Positions 20,642-31,060 of a DNA stretch of 64,000 bases are shown one piece after another. The first letter of the stretch is position 1. Every line of letters starts with the position of its first letter. The translations under genes were made by a program, and so were the position numbers. This stretch comes from Candidatus Latescibacterota bacterium (GTDB taxonomy: Bacteria > Latescibacterota > UBA2968 > UBA8231). The notes below the pieces were generated by a model. That model saw only the letters and a program-made list of their open reading frames with translations. It did no database searches and was not told the DNA's origin. The stretch is taken from positions 6,176,001 to 6,240,000 of the forward strand of contig OZ244561.1 of the NCBI GenBank assembly GCA_965217585.1, in the 5' to 3' direction.

Positions 20642-21892
20642 ATGACACAACAGGTAGATGTGCTGGTTATCGGCGGCGGAGTCGTTGGTATCTGCGCGGC
20701 GCACTTTCTCCAGCAGCAGGGCCGCGAGGTCACTGTGGTCGAAAAGGATGTGGTCTGCGCGGGGAGCTCCTACGGCAACGCTGGGCTGATTGTGCCCAGC
20801 CACAGCGTACCGCTGGCCGAGCCGGGGGTCATCGCCCAAGGCTTGCGGTGGATGTTCGACCCGGACAGCCCTTTCTACATCAAATGGCGCTGGGACCGCG
20901 ATCTCGTGGCTTGGCTCTGGCAATTCCGCAAGGCTAGCACCATGCGGCGGGTGCGGCAGGCCATGCCGCTGTTGCGCGATATGCACTTGGAGAGCTTTAG
21001 GCTCTATGAGGCACTGGCCGCCGAATTGGACTTTGCCTTTGGGCACGAGGGCCGGCTTTTGCTGTGCAAGACCGAGCAGGGGCTTGAAAGCGTCCACGAA
21101 GAGGCCGAGCTGATGCAGGAGGTGGGGATAGAGGTGGAAATGCTCGATGCCGAACAGGTGCAGCAGCGCGCTGCCACAGTGGAATTGGACTGCGTGGGCG
21201 GTGCTTTTTATGCGCAGGACGCCCACTTGGACCCAGCGCGTCTTGTGCGCGCCTTGGCCGCGCGTTGCGTTGAACGCGGGGTGCAGCTTAACGAGAAAAC
21301 CGAGGTCTTGGGGTTTGGAAAAAAAGGGCGTCGCGTCCAAGTGGTCGAGACGACGCGCGGGGATTTTGCCGCCGCCGAAGTCGTGCTGTGCAGTGGGGCG
21401 TGGTCGCCGGGCGTGGGCCGCGGGTTGGGCCTGTCCCTACCGGTGCAGCCGGCCAAGGGCTACAGCGTCACCGTCCACAAGCCGAGTCAGTGCCCGCCGG
21501 TACCCCTAATGTTGGTGGAGGCCCGCGTCGGCACCACCCCGATGGGGGACAAGCTGCGCTTTGCCGGTACGCTCGAATTGGCGGGTATGGATACGTCGAT
21601 CAACCGCCGACGGGTCGCCGCGATTGTCAATGCGGTGCCGCGCTACGTACCGGCGTGGACGCCAGATGCCTTAGAGCTAATCGAAGTGTGGCGGGGTCTG
21701 CGGCCCTGTACGCCGGACGGCTTGCCCTTTTTGGGGCGAGCGCGGGCGTACGACAATCTCACAGTGGCGGCAGGGCACGCCATGGTTGGGGTCTCGCTGG
21801 GGGCGGTGACCGGGACGGTGATCGCGCGCGTGGTACAGGGGGAGGAGCCGGGTTTTGATCTGAGTTTGTGCAACGTGGATCGGTTTGGATAG
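20642..21892 (+). CDS. D-amino acid dehydrogenase (DadA-like FAD oxidoreductase)
   Basis: IGGGVVG, SYGNAGLI, PVQPAKGYS, WRGLRPCTPDGLP, AGHAMVG. Confidence 0.85.
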   Translation: MTQQVDVLVIGGGVVGICAAHFLQQQGREVTVVEKDVVCAGSSYGNAGLIVPSHSVPLAEPGVIAQGLRWMFDPDSPFYIKWRWDRDLVAWLWQFRKASTMRRVRQAMPLLRDMHLESFRLYEALAAELDFAFGHEGRLLLCKTEQGLESVHEEAELMQEVGIEVEMLDAEQVQQRAATVELDCVGGAFYAQDAHLDPARLVRALAARCVERGVQLNEKTEVLGFGKKGRRVQVVETTRGDFAAAEVVLCSGAWSPGVGRGLGLSLPVQPAKGYSVTVHKPSQCPPVPLMLVEARVGTTPMGDKLRFAGTLELAGMDTSINRRRVAAIVNAVPRYVPAWTPDALELIEVWRGLRPCTPDGLPFLGRARAYDNLTVAAGHAMVGVSLGAVTGTVIARVVQGEEPGFDLSLCNVDRFG

Positions 21893-21901
21893 GAGGGTCA
21901 G

Positions 21902-23380
21902 ATGCGTTACGCACTGGGCATTGACTTGGGCACGGGCAGCACCAAGGCCGTCCTCATCGACGAGGCAGGAGACCTCATCGCTAGAGGGCAGGCCGAGTAT
22001 CCGCTCTACAAGCCGCATCCTGGGTGGGTCGAGCAGGACCCGGAGGAGTGGTGGCAAGCGCTGTGCGCGTCTGCGCGTCAGGCGCTCGCCGATATTGACC
22101 CAGCGCAGGTCGCCTGCGTCGGCCTGTCGGGGCAGATCAACGGCGCAGTATTTGCCGACAGCGCCGGACAGCCCCTGCAGCGGGTGCCGATCTGGCTGGA
22201 CCACCGCTCGCAAGCAGAGTGCGATTGGGCCGAGCAGCGCGCGGGTGACTTGCTGCGGGAGCGGACGCTAATGCGGTTGGGGCCGGTTAATACCCTAGCA
22301 AAGGTACTATGGGTAAAAGACCATGCGACAGATGTTTACCAGCAAAGTCGCTGGATGCTGCTGCCCAAGGATTGGCTGCGCTACCGGCTCACCGGACAGA
22401 TAGCAGCAGAGGTGTCGGATGCCTCGGCAACTGCGGCTTTTGATCTGCACGAGCGCCAGTGGTCCGGGGAAATTTTGGAGGCGTTGGAAGTCGATATGGA
22501 GCTGTTCCCGCCTTTGGTCGATTCGCCGGCCGTGGTCGGGGCCATAACCCCAGCGGCTGCCGAGCAGACCGGGCTGGTGGCGGGCACGCCCGTCGTCGCT
22601 GGCGGCGGGGACATGCCTTGCATGATCCTTGGTGCCGGGGTCATTGAGCCGGGCATTATCAGCTTGGGGATCGGCACGGCGGCGCACGCCACGGCTTTTG
22701 CCGAGACGCTGGACCCACGGGCCTTTGACAAACTCTGGCCGATGTGCCACCCCATCCCCGGCAAATACGCTTGGCTGGGCTGCTCGTTTACCGGGGGGGC
22801 CTCGCTCAAGTGGTTCAAGGAGGAGTTCGGGGGCAGCTACGAAGAGTTAACCGAGGCTGCGGCTGCGGTTCCCGCCGGTGCCGAGGGGGCGTTTTTCATG
22901 CCGTGGCTCGCAGGAAGAGCCACGCCGCGTCCCGATACCCATGCCCGCGGCGGCTTTGTCGGGCTGTCGCTGGCGCACACGAAGGGGCATCTGGTGCGGG
23001 CCGTGCTGGAGGGAGTCGTCTTCGATTTGCGGCACTCGCTCGACTGTTTCGCTGAAATCGGCTTGCCCATTGACGAGCTGCGGATCGGCGAGGGCGGCTC
23101 GCACTCGGAGGTGTGGCGGCAAATCCAGGCCGATATTTTGGGGCGCGACGTGGTGCGGATTGCCACCGACGATCTGTCGGCGATAGGGGCGGCGTTGTTG
23201 GCGGGCATCGGCGGCGAACTCTATGCGGATTTTGCCACTGCTTGCCAGCGCACGGTCAAGTTGGCCGAGACGGTGCGCTGCGATCGGGAGCGGGTCGAAT
23301 ACTACCGGCGGGCTTTTGAGCGCTATCGGGCGCTTTATCCGGCGTTGCGGGAGTGGTATGGGGGATCGGTCGGCGAGTGA
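21902..23380 (+). CDS. FGGY family carbohydrate kinase (xylulokinase-like)
   Basis: GIDLGTGSTK, PGWVEQDPEEWW, KDWLRYRLTG, RAVLEGV. Confidence 0.88.
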   Translation: MRYALGIDLGTGSTKAVLIDEAGDLIARGQAEYPLYKPHPGWVEQDPEEWWQALCASARQALADIDPAQVACVGLSGQINGAVFADSAGQPLQRVPIWLDHRSQAECDWAEQRAGDLLRERTLMRLGPVNTLAKVLWVKDHATDVYQQSRWMLLPKDWLRYRLTGQIAAEVSDASATAAFDLHERQWSGEILEALEVDMELFPPLVDSPAVVGAITPAAAEQTGLVAGTPVVAGGGDMPCMILGAGVIEPGIISLGIGTAAHATAFAETLDPRAFDKLWPMCHPIPGKYAWLGCSFTGGASLKWFKEEFGGSYEELTEAAAAVPAGAEGAFFMPWLAGRATPRPDTHARGGFVGLSLAHTKGHLVRAVLEGVVFDLRHSLDCFAEIGLPIDELRIGEGGSHSEVWRQIQADILGRDVVRIATDDLSAIGAALLAGIGGELYADFATACQRTVKLAETVRCDRERVEYYRRAFERYRALYPALREWYGGSVGE

Positions 23381-23465
23381 GAAGAGCTATTCCAAAGGGA
23401 AACGATTTCGCCATGACACTGCGCCCATTAAGACTGTGGATAATTAGAGCGAAAGGTAACATCGC

Positions 23466-24758
23466 ATGATTACGCAAATTGAGATCGGGGGCTATCGGCT
23501 TCTCGACGAGTTTAAGGCAGACTTCAAGCCGCTGACCGTGGTGATCGGTGCCAATGCCGTCGGCAAAAGTACGCTGATCGATTGTCTGCAACTGATTACC
23601 GAGTGTTGCGATTTTCCGCTAAATACCGCGATTGGTTGGCATTATGGGGCAGCGTCCCTTCTTACCTCAGGTAACGGGAATGGGAAGCTGACTTGGAAAA
23701 TCACATTTCATAGGCCCGCCACATGGGCTGCTTTTCCATTGGAGGCGGAAAAGTCCTTGGTGTACGAGGTTCTTCTCCAAGCCGATGCACAGGGTCAGAT
23801 GCACTCGCGATACGAGGTTCTCAGAAACCAAGAGCCAGCACCGGGACACACGGAACCCCTCAAGTTTCTGGAGACAACCCCGTACCATCGACACATATTC
23901 GACAGAAAACAACGCCGATTGATACCGTTTGATGAAGCGCAATCTTCACCTAATCTCGTCCGCGAATCCGATTCGGCGGAAGCCACCTCGGAAAGCGGCC
24001 TGATACAGCCTGCACAACAGGAGGCTGCGTTATTACTTTCACAAATCCGATTCTTCAACGAGTTTCCCATTCCTTCCTCAGCACGCGTTCTATTGGCGAA
24101 CATGGCGTTCTATCCGGGTTTCGATGTAACACGGTCTTCCACGCTACGCACCAAGGCCGACGATATCAAGCCAGTTACAACATTATCGGCTAACGGTGAT
24201 AACTTAGGTACCGTGCTGCACGAAATCCTGACCCGATATGATTATCGTTCAGTAGCAGAGAAGTTGCGTGATTTTCTGCGTGTAGCCTATCCCGCATTTG
24301 AGGAAATTCATTGCGATACCACCTTTGGAACGCCTCCACAAGTGCTGGTTGGGGTGCGCGAGAAAGGCATGTCTCGCTCCATGAATCTGTGGGATCTTTC
24401 GGATGGTATGCTGCGATTCCTGTGTCTGGCGACAGCTCTGTTGAATCCGCGACCTCTACTGCTAGTGGCGATTGACGAGCCGGAATTAGGATTGCATCCC
24501 GGCCTGTTGCCAATTGTGGCAGAAATGATCAAAACAGCGGCGGAGCGCACTCAAGTGTTGGTGACGACACACAGCCCGGATTTACTCAACTGCTTCGATA
24601 TAGCCGATGTTGCCGTGATGGCGCGAGATGCAGACGACGCACAGGTCACGTGGCATCGTCCTGCGGACCGCAAGACGCTTGTGCGAATGCTCAATAACGT
24701 TACTGGCGAAACGTTGGGAGACCTGCACCGCTCCGGCGAATTGGAGGCCGGCGCATGA
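23466..24758 (+). CDS. AAA/ABC-type ATPase (AAA_21-like)
   Basis: Walker A GANAVGKS, LSDGMLRF signature, Walker B IDEPELGLHP, VTTHS. Confidence 0.88.
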   Translation: MITQIEIGGYRLLDEFKADFKPLTVVIGANAVGKSTLIDCLQLITECCDFPLNTAIGWHYGAASLLTSGNGNGKLTWKITFHRPATWAAFPLEAEKSLVYEVLLQADAQGQMHSRYEVLRNQEPAPGHTEPLKFLETTPYHRHIFDRKQRRLIPFDEAQSSPNLVRESDSAEATSESGLIQPAQQEAALLLSQIRFFNEFPIPSSARVLLANMAFYPGFDVTRSSTLRTKADDIKPVTTLSANGDNLGTVLHEILTRYDYRSVAEKLRDFLRVAYPAFEEIHCDTTFGTPPQVLVGVREKGMSRSMNLWDLSDGMLRFLCLATALLNPRPLLLVAIDEPELGLHPGLLPIVAEMIKTAAERTQVLVTTHSPDLLNCFDIADVAVMARDADDAQVTWHRPADRKTLVRMLNNVTGETLGDLHRSGELEAGA

Positions 24759-25423
24759 AGATATGGATTTTTGTAGAAGGGGATTCAGAGGTTAGGGCAC
24801 TGTCAGCATTGTTGAACGGCTGGAAGCAGCAGCTTAGAAAGAAGGGCTGGGGCATTAAGCTAGTAAGTCTCGACGGCAAGTCCAACTATTTCAAGAGAAT
24901 TGGACCCCGTGCAGCCGAGAAGTTGGAGAATGATACGCGCGATCTCGTTGTGGGCTTACCCGATCTCTACCCAAATCGAGATTATGCGAATACGGATTAC
25001 AGACACAACAATCTGCAAGAGCTTCAAGGCGTTCAAAGGCGCTTGGTGGAACAGCAATTGCGGGAGCAGATGGGAAAACGGACTGATATTGCCAGTCACA
25101 TGGCGCGTTTTTATCCCAGCGCGTTGAAACACGATTTGGAAGTGCTAATCCTTGCTGCGACGAGTCAACTTCAGGCCCAACTCAAGATGTCGAACAGGCC
25201 TAGAGGCTGGCGACAACCTCCAGAAGAGCAAAATCAAGACAAACCCCCGAAGAAAGTTGTTGAGGAACTCTTTCGGAAAAATATCAGACATGCCTATAAG
25301 CCAACCACGGATAGCTACGCCATTCTCAGAAATGCAGACTTGCGAGAGGTGGCAGAACAGTGTCCGACATTCCGTGCTATGATCGATTGGATCGGCGAGA
25401 AGACCGGCGTACCTGGGTATTGA
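24755..25423 (+). CDS. DUF4276/TOPRIM-like protein
   Basis: IFVEGDSE TOPRIM-like motif, PDLY, HDLEVLILA, PEE, CPTF; ATGA overlap with the ATPase. Confidence 0.7.
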   Translation: MKIWIFVEGDSEVRALSALLNGWKQQLRKKGWGIKLVSLDGKSNYFKRIGPRAAEKLENDTRDLVVGLPDLYPNRDYANTDYRHNNLQELQGVQRRLVEQQLREQMGKRTDIASHMARFYPSALKHDLEVLILAATSQLQAQLKMSNRPRGWRQPPEEQNQDKPPKKVVEELFRKNIRHAYKPTTDSYAILRNADLREVAEQCPTFRAMIDWIGEKTGVPGY

Positions 25424-25511
25424 ACGTGGAAGCCAAGAAGTGGTAGGGACTAAAACTATCAATGAAAAAGACGACTCGATCTCTGGAATTATTTGGCATA
25501 AAACCTCGTAC

Positions 25512-25550
25512 AAAAAACCCCCGCTCCGGCTATGCCGGATGGCGGGGGGG
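25512..25550 (-). terminator. Rho-independent terminator (minus strand)
   Basis: CCCCCGC-ca-TCCGGC-ata-GCCGGA-GCGGGGG-TTTTTT. Confidence 0.7.
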
Positions 25551-25646
25551 CTAGAGCACCTATGCCCTAGGGGGTATGCTCCACAGAGTACATCCTGCCG
25601 CAAAGGCAGGGACTTGGGGCACCTACGTCCCCAAGGGAGTATGCCT
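25512..25646 (-). ncRNA. Candidate structured small RNA with two imperfect repeats and an intrinsic terminator
   Basis: TATATT just upstream on the minus strand; consecutive hairpins; ends with a CCCCCGC/GCGGGGG stem plus T6. Confidence 0.4.
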
Positions 25647-25857
25647 GTAATATAGTCAATTATTAATCGTTTGAGGACACGGAAGTAGTCGGTTGGGGAT
25701 TTGTCGTTGGTCCAGCACTTGTAGTTGAGACCCTAGAGCGGCATGGATTTTTGTCCTCGTCGGTTGCTTTCCGTGGGGATTTGCGTTTTTAGGAGCCTGC
25801 TTGTGCGTCCGGCGTGGTCTGGCGCGTTTAACCCTTACTTGAGGAGATCATACGATC

Positions 25858-26934
25858 ATGGAGAACTATAACAACGAACGGGAACACGACCTGTGCCTGA
25901 TTTCTTTGGTCGAAGCGCTGGACGAAGCAGCTCGGCTCGACATATTCCGAGATGCCTTTCGCATCAAAGGGGATCTTGGACCATTGAGGTGGTCGGGGCG
26001 CAGAAGAGCCTTCGATGTGGAATTGGAATTCACCAATCTATCTGTTGCGATCGAAACAAAGGTCCACTCGGATGAGAGCGGAAGATGGTGGTCGCCGTGG
26101 CAGACAGAACGCATCGCCGAGCAGCGAAGAGAAGTGGAGGGACCATGTTTCTTCATTACCTACGGAACTTCCGAATTCTACACGAAGCCCTACGAGCCGG
26201 GCCCTGCATCTCCGGAGTTTCAGCATATTCCTCTGGACAGAATGATCCATCTGGTCGAGTCATCTCTGGCGGCTCTTCCGCAGATCGAACAGTGCACCGC
26301 TTCAGTCGAGTGGCTGCGGCTTATGAGGCTCGAAAAGGAGAAGCGCGAGAAAGCTCAGGAACTCCTGCATTCGTTCGCACAGTTCCGTACGCGTTATCTC
26401 GAAGTCCATGGAGAAAACGATTTTCCGAGAGGCCGCATAGCATTTTCCGCTCCCGAGCTAGCTTTTCCCGTCTTTTCGAAACTGGTGGAGCATTGGGACG
26501 AGTCGGAGTATGTCGCTAAATTCGGACGGCTCTCGATCTATCCCATCGCTCGGGGATATTCTCCGGTTGTGGACTCGATACTCAATTTCTGGGAAATATG
26601 GGATGAGGGACCAGCACTGGCCCCGGACATCGTTGGGTCTGAACAATACCTGTACCTCGAAATCAACGAGGACTTTAATCTCAATCTGAAGCTGGACGAG
26701 GGACAAGCTGAGCCGGACGAGGAACAGAAAGAAAGGATCTGGGAACGCCTGTGCGGCGCTAGGTGGCCTTCGGGCGTGAATGCGTGCCGCCGCGACTACC
26801 GACAGAATTCTCGGGTGTTATACGAGGTAGATTTCGGTTTTCTGGCGAACGTAGACTGCCTGTCTAGAGTGGTGAGCAACCTCGGCCGCACGCTTGAAGT
26901 TATCTTTGGCGCGCTGAACAACGACCGTGAATGA
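25858..26934 (+). CDS. PD-(D/E)XK nuclease-family protein
   Basis: N-terminal REHDL and FDVEL...AIETK motif; GAGGAG RBS. Confidence 0.6.
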   Translation: MENYNNEREHDLCLISLVEALDEAARLDIFRDAFRIKGDLGPLRWSGRRRAFDVELEFTNLSVAIETKVHSDESGRWWSPWQTERIAEQRREVEGPCFFITYGTSEFYTKPYEPGPASPEFQHIPLDRMIHLVESSLAALPQIEQCTASVEWLRLMRLEKEKREKAQELLHSFAQFRTRYLEVHGENDFPRGRIAFSAPELAFPVFSKLVEHWDESEYVAKFGRLSIYPIARGYSPVVDSILNFWEIWDEGPALAPDIVGSEQYLYLEINEDFNLNLKLDEGQAEPDEEQKERIWERLCGARWPSGVNACRRDYRQNSRVLYEVDFGFLANVDCLSRVVSNLGRTLEVIFGALNNDRE

Positions 26935-27011
26935 CCAGCGATGGGTTGAGATCGTCGGACTTGCAACGACCGTCCGCTTTGGTCAACTCGCCCACGACTA
27001 ATGGCAACATT

Positions 27012-28235
27012 CTACCCCTCAATAAACGGCCCTTCTTCCTGTAAGCGCTTGAGGACGCGGGCGTATTCGGCGGAGCCGTCGTCGGTCCAGTACTCGAAGT
27101 TGAGGCCCTGGAGGCGGCCTTCTTCGGTGCCGGTCAGGCCGTTGATGTCAGGGCTGCCCAAGCTGTAGGCTTTGTGGCCGCCGGCAAAGTGCAGCACGCC
27201 GATATAGTCGTACCTAGGCAGATGGGCGCGGGCGGCGGCTTGGGCTAGGGCTTCTTCGTCCACTTCCACGCCTAGCCCCGGGCCTTCGGGCACCGGTGAA
27301 AAGCCCTCGACGACCGGAATTTTTGCGGCGATATCGAACTCGAACTGGTCGTCTATGTTGATGGTATGGGCCGAGGCCGTGGGCAGAACTGCGGCTTGAT
27401 GCAGGGTGAGGGCTTTCATCAGGGTATTGCCGCATTGCTGGATCAGGCACTGGACATTGGCCTTGCCGTAGGCAAAACCCGAGGTCAGGGTGTCGCCAAT
27501 GCGCCCGCCAATCATGTAGATATCGGCGACCCCGCGGATCACTTCTTGGATGCCGCCCAATTGGGGGACGTGCATGACGAGGGGGATTTTGGTTTTCTCG
27601 CGCAGGGTGCGCCAGCCGTCGATATCGCTCCACACTAGCGGGTCTTCGAGAAATCCGACGAGCGGTGATTTTTCCAGTTCGGCGATAATGGGTAGGATTG
27701 TGCCCAGCGTGCGGTTGTGGTTGAGATCCCAGTGCAGCTTGAAGCCGGGTGGTGCCACTTTTTCCGCCGCTCGGGTCTGCTCGATGACGTCGTAGCGGGC
27801 GTTTGAGTGCATTTTGAAGACGCAGTAGCCCTGATCTGCGGCGCGCTGGATCTCGCCGGCGAAAACGTCGGGGGGGCAGGGGCGGGTCCAAGCGGCGCAG
27901 GGGACGGCGTCGCGCACTTTTTGCCCCATTAGTTTGTACGCGGGCACGCCTACATGCTTGCCCATCAAGTCGTAGAGCGCCATGCCTAAGGCCATGTGGA
28001 AATTGTTGAGCAGATAGTCGAAAGGATTGGTGCCGATGAGCGCGTCGATCTCGGCTTGGGGTACGGGCCTGGGGTTATCTTCGTAGTCACCGTAGCCGAC
28101 TAACCCATTGTCGCCGTGAACTTTAACCACTAGATGTTGATCCATATCGTACATGCGCATGCGGCCGGCGTGGTTGTCGTAGCGCTTGGCTAGGGGCATG
28201 GTGATGGGGATTTGCTCGATGTGGGCGATTTTCAT
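27012..28235 (-). CDS. Mandelate racemase/enolase superfamily protein
   Basis: MALYDLMGK, FKMH, DLN, EDP, PEGPGLGVEVDE. Confidence 0.85.
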   Translation of the reverse strand: MKIAHIEQIPITMPLAKRYDNHAGRMRMYDMDQHLVVKVHGDNGLVGYGDYEDNPRPVPQAEIDALIGTNPFDYLLNNFHMALGMALYDLMGKHVGVPAYKLMGQKVRDAVPCAAWTRPCPPDVFAGEIQRAADQGYCVFKMHSNARYDVIEQTRAAEKVAPPGFKLHWDLNHNRTLGTILPIIAELEKSPLVGFLEDPLVWSDIDGWRTLREKTKIPLVMHVPQLGGIQEVIRGVADIYMIGGRIGDTLTSGFAYGKANVQCLIQQCGNTLMKALTLHQAAVLPTASAHTINIDDQFEFDIAAKIPVVEGFSPVPEGPGLGVEVDEEALAQAAARAHLPRYDYIGVLHFAGGHKAYSLGSPDINGLTGTEEGRLQGLNFEYWTDDGSAEYARVLKRLQEEGPFIEG

Positions 28236-28374
28236 GGGAAGCTCCTTATAGGAAAAGCACGGATTGGGTCTCCAATAATTGACTTGGACGGTGGCCTGTC
28301 AAGGCGGTAGCCGCGTATATTAGGGCGACACGGGCCATAGGTGTAATACTGCAATCATCCCGCATTGAGTAACT

Positions 28375-29661
28375 ATGCTCCAACTCGCCACGTTCCAAGC
28401 CGACGTTACGCCGCCGCTGGGCCATCCGCTCTGTGCGGGGTGGTATCCTCCGGCCAAGGGTATCGCCGACCCACTGTCCGCCTTGGGGCTGATTTTAGTG
28501 CCGGACGATCAATTGCCCATCGTCTTGTGCGCCTTGGACTGGGCTGAATTGAGCAACGGCGATTACGACCGCTGGCGCGGGGAACTGGCCCAGGCCGTAG
28601 GTACCGAGGCCGAGCACGTGGCCGTGCACTGTATCCACGCCCACGATACGCCCTGGCCCGACCGCGATGCCCAAGACATTCTCGACGCCCACGGCCGTCC
28701 CAATATCATCATGGCTGGCGATTGGGCTGAAAAGGTGCGGGTCCAAGCGGCGCAAGCAGCGGGCGAGGCCATGACCAAGCTACAGCCTTGCACGGATATT
28801 GCGGTGGGGCAGGCCAGGGTCGAGCGGATCGCCTCCAATCGGCGGGTAATGGGGCCAGACGGCAAGGTGGCCGCGGTGCGCTGGACCCAGTGCACCGATC
28901 CACAAGTGCGGGACGCCCCCGAGGGTATTATCGATCCCATGCTCAAGACGATTGGCTTTTACCAAGGGGAGACGCCCTTGGCGCTGTTGCACTACTATGC
29001 TGTCCATCCCACCAGCGAGGATGGCACCGGGCTGGTGACGCCTGAATTCGTCGGCTTGGCGCGCAACCGTCGCAGGGCGGAAAGCGACGTGCCGCACATA
29101 TACTTCACCGGCTGCGCGGGCAATGTCACCGCGGGCAAGTACAACGACGGTATAGCCGACAACCGGGAATTGTTCACCGAGCGCATCCACCGGGCCATGT
29201 TGGAGGCGGAGCAGGGGAGTACGCGGCAGCCGCTGGAGCGCGTGGGCTGGACGGTCGAGCCAGTGCGGCTGCCGCCGAGGGAGGATCTCGCCGAGGAAAA
29301 TCTGCTGGCGCAAATCGCCTCGGCAGCCACGGGGGCCAAAGTGCACAGCAAAGCCGCCCTCATGCTGACGTATCTGCGCCGCCGCGAGCGGCCCATTCCC
29401 ATCACTTGTTTGCAGCTCAATGACCGGGTGGCGGTGGTCCATTTGCCGGGCGAGATCTTTATCGAATACCAACTGCACGCGCAGGCGAGTCGTCCAGACG
29501 CCTTTGTCGCGGTAGCGGGATACGGGGATTTGGGGACCGGGTATATAACCTTGGCGAGTTCCTTTGCCGAGGGGGGATATGAGCCAGTGGACGCCTTTGT
29601 GTCGGGGCGGTCGGAAAAAATCGTGCGCGCCGCCATCGAGCAAGTCCTGATGCCGGTTTAA
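28375..29661 (+). CDS. Neutral/alkaline ceramidase-like hydrolase
   Basis: ADVTPPLG, HCIHAH, YAVHP, FTGCAGN, LPGEIF, GGYE. Confidence 0.75.
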   Translation: MLQLATFQADVTPPLGHPLCAGWYPPAKGIADPLSALGLILVPDDQLPIVLCALDWAELSNGDYDRWRGELAQAVGTEAEHVAVHCIHAHDTPWPDRDAQDILDAHGRPNIIMAGDWAEKVRVQAAQAAGEAMTKLQPCTDIAVGQARVERIASNRRVMGPDGKVAAVRWTQCTDPQVRDAPEGIIDPMLKTIGFYQGETPLALLHYYAVHPTSEDGTGLVTPEFVGLARNRRRAESDVPHIYFTGCAGNVTAGKYNDGIADNRELFTERIHRAMLEAEQGSTRQPLERVGWTVEPVRLPPREDLAEENLLAQIASAATGAKVHSKAALMLTYLRRRERPIPITCLQLNDRVAVVHLPGEIFIEYQLHAQASRPDAFVAVAGYGDLGTGYITLASSFAEGGYEPVDAFVSGRSEKIVRAAIEQVLMPV

Positions 29662-29732
29662 CCAGCGCACGGCGACGACATGAGGCGGACCCTCATGACA
29701 ACGCAGGCAATTGACGAGAACGGGAGAAAAAG

Positions 29733-31055
29733 ATGATGCACGACTTACTGGCCGGAACCGGCGGTGCCCGGATCACTCCACCGATCGGCTTCCCCATGGG
29801 CGGGTACGGTGCCCGCGACCACGGGGCCGAAGGCGTACACGACCACCTCAACACCCACGCCCTGTTCCTCGACGACGGCGCGACCCAGGCCGTGATCATC
29901 GCCAACGACCTGCTCGGCATGCGGGCGGAGCAGGTCGCTCGCGTGCGCGAGCTGGTGCAGGTGGCGACGGGGGTGCCTGCGGCCCACGTATTCCTCGCCT
30001 TCTCGCATACGCACGGCGGTCCGCTGATGTACTCTGACTTTTCGGCGCTGGGGGAACAGGTCGCCACCTATATCGACGCGGTGAGCCACTACATGGCCGG
30101 CGCGGCCCTGCAGGCGGCCACCTCGGCGATGCCCGTGCGCTGGGGCACGGGGCGTCATCCGCTGCAGGTCGGCGTCAACCGCCGGGAGCGACAGGCAGAT
30201 GGCACGACTCGCATCGGCGTCAACCCCGACGGAGCGGTGGCACCTTGGGTCGATGCGGTGTGGTTCGAGCGCGACGACGGCGGTCCGCTGGCGGTGATCT
30301 ACCAGCACGCGGCCCACGGGACCTGCCTAGTGAACGACAACTACCTGTTCACAGCCGACTGGATCGGCTACGCCATGCAGTTGATCGAGTCCCAACTGCC
30401 GAGTGTGACGGCGCTGTTCGTCAACGGCTGTGCCGGCAACATCAACCCCCATCCGCGCGGCACCTTTGCCCTCGCCGAGCACCACGGTACTAGGGCCGGT
30501 GCCGCAGTGCTGCAGACGGTGTTGGACCGAGCCGACCTGAGACGGGGCGGCCGGCTGCGCTGTGCCCGGCACGCCTTTGAGCTGCCCCTCCAGCCCATGC
30601 CGTCGCAGCAGGAGTGCGAGCGCGAACTGGCGCAGTGGGAACCGGCCTTTCGCAAACTCAAGGGCGAGCACCACCGGAACTGGCATGTCTGCCGCCACTA
30701 CTTTGCTGCAAAGGAGCGGGTCGCGGCGTGCCAAAGCGGCTCGGTGGCCACGGGCCTGCCCCTGGACTTGCAGGTCGTGGCACTGGACGACGTGGCCCTC
30801 ATCGGCCTGCCGGGGGAGATCTTCGTCGAGACGGGGTTGGCCATTGCCGAGGCATCGCCCTTCTCCTTGACCCTGCCCGTGGGGTACGCCAATGGCTCCA
30901 TCGGATACGTGCCGACGAGTGAGGAGGTGCCCTACGGAGGGTACGAGGTCCTCGATGCGCGGGCGTGCCACCAGGGGCGCTTTCTGCGCGACGACGCGGA
31001 TCGGGTCCTGACCGCCGGTGCGTTGCGGGCGCTGGAACTGGCTGCGGCGGAGTAA
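29733..31055 (+). CDS. Neutral/alkaline ceramidase-like hydrolase
   Basis: ITPP.G..MGGY, SHTHGGP, NRR, GCAGNINP, PGEIF, GYAN, GGYE. Confidence 0.8.
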   Translation: MMHDLLAGTGGARITPPIGFPMGGYGARDHGAEGVHDHLNTHALFLDDGATQAVIIANDLLGMRAEQVARVRELVQVATGVPAAHVFLAFSHTHGGPLMYSDFSALGEQVATYIDAVSHYMAGAALQAATSAMPVRWGTGRHPLQVGVNRRERQADGTTRIGVNPDGAVAPWVDAVWFERDDGGPLAVIYQHAAHGTCLVNDNYLFTADWIGYAMQLIESQLPSVTALFVNGCAGNINPHPRGTFALAEHHGTRAGAAVLQTVLDRADLRRGGRLRCARHAFELPLQPMPSQQECERELAQWEPAFRKLKGEHHRNWHVCRHYFAAKERVAACQSGSVATGLPLDLQVVALDDVALIGLPGEIFVETGLAIAEASPFSLTLPVGYANGSIGYVPTSEEVPYGGYEVLDARACHQGRFLRDDADRVLTAGALRALELAAAE

Positions 31056-31060
31056 GTTGC

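Noticed and set aside
25556-25644. Possible mini CRISPR array
   Set aside because: Only two imperfect 24-26-nt units and no cas genes; kept as an sRNA candidate instead.
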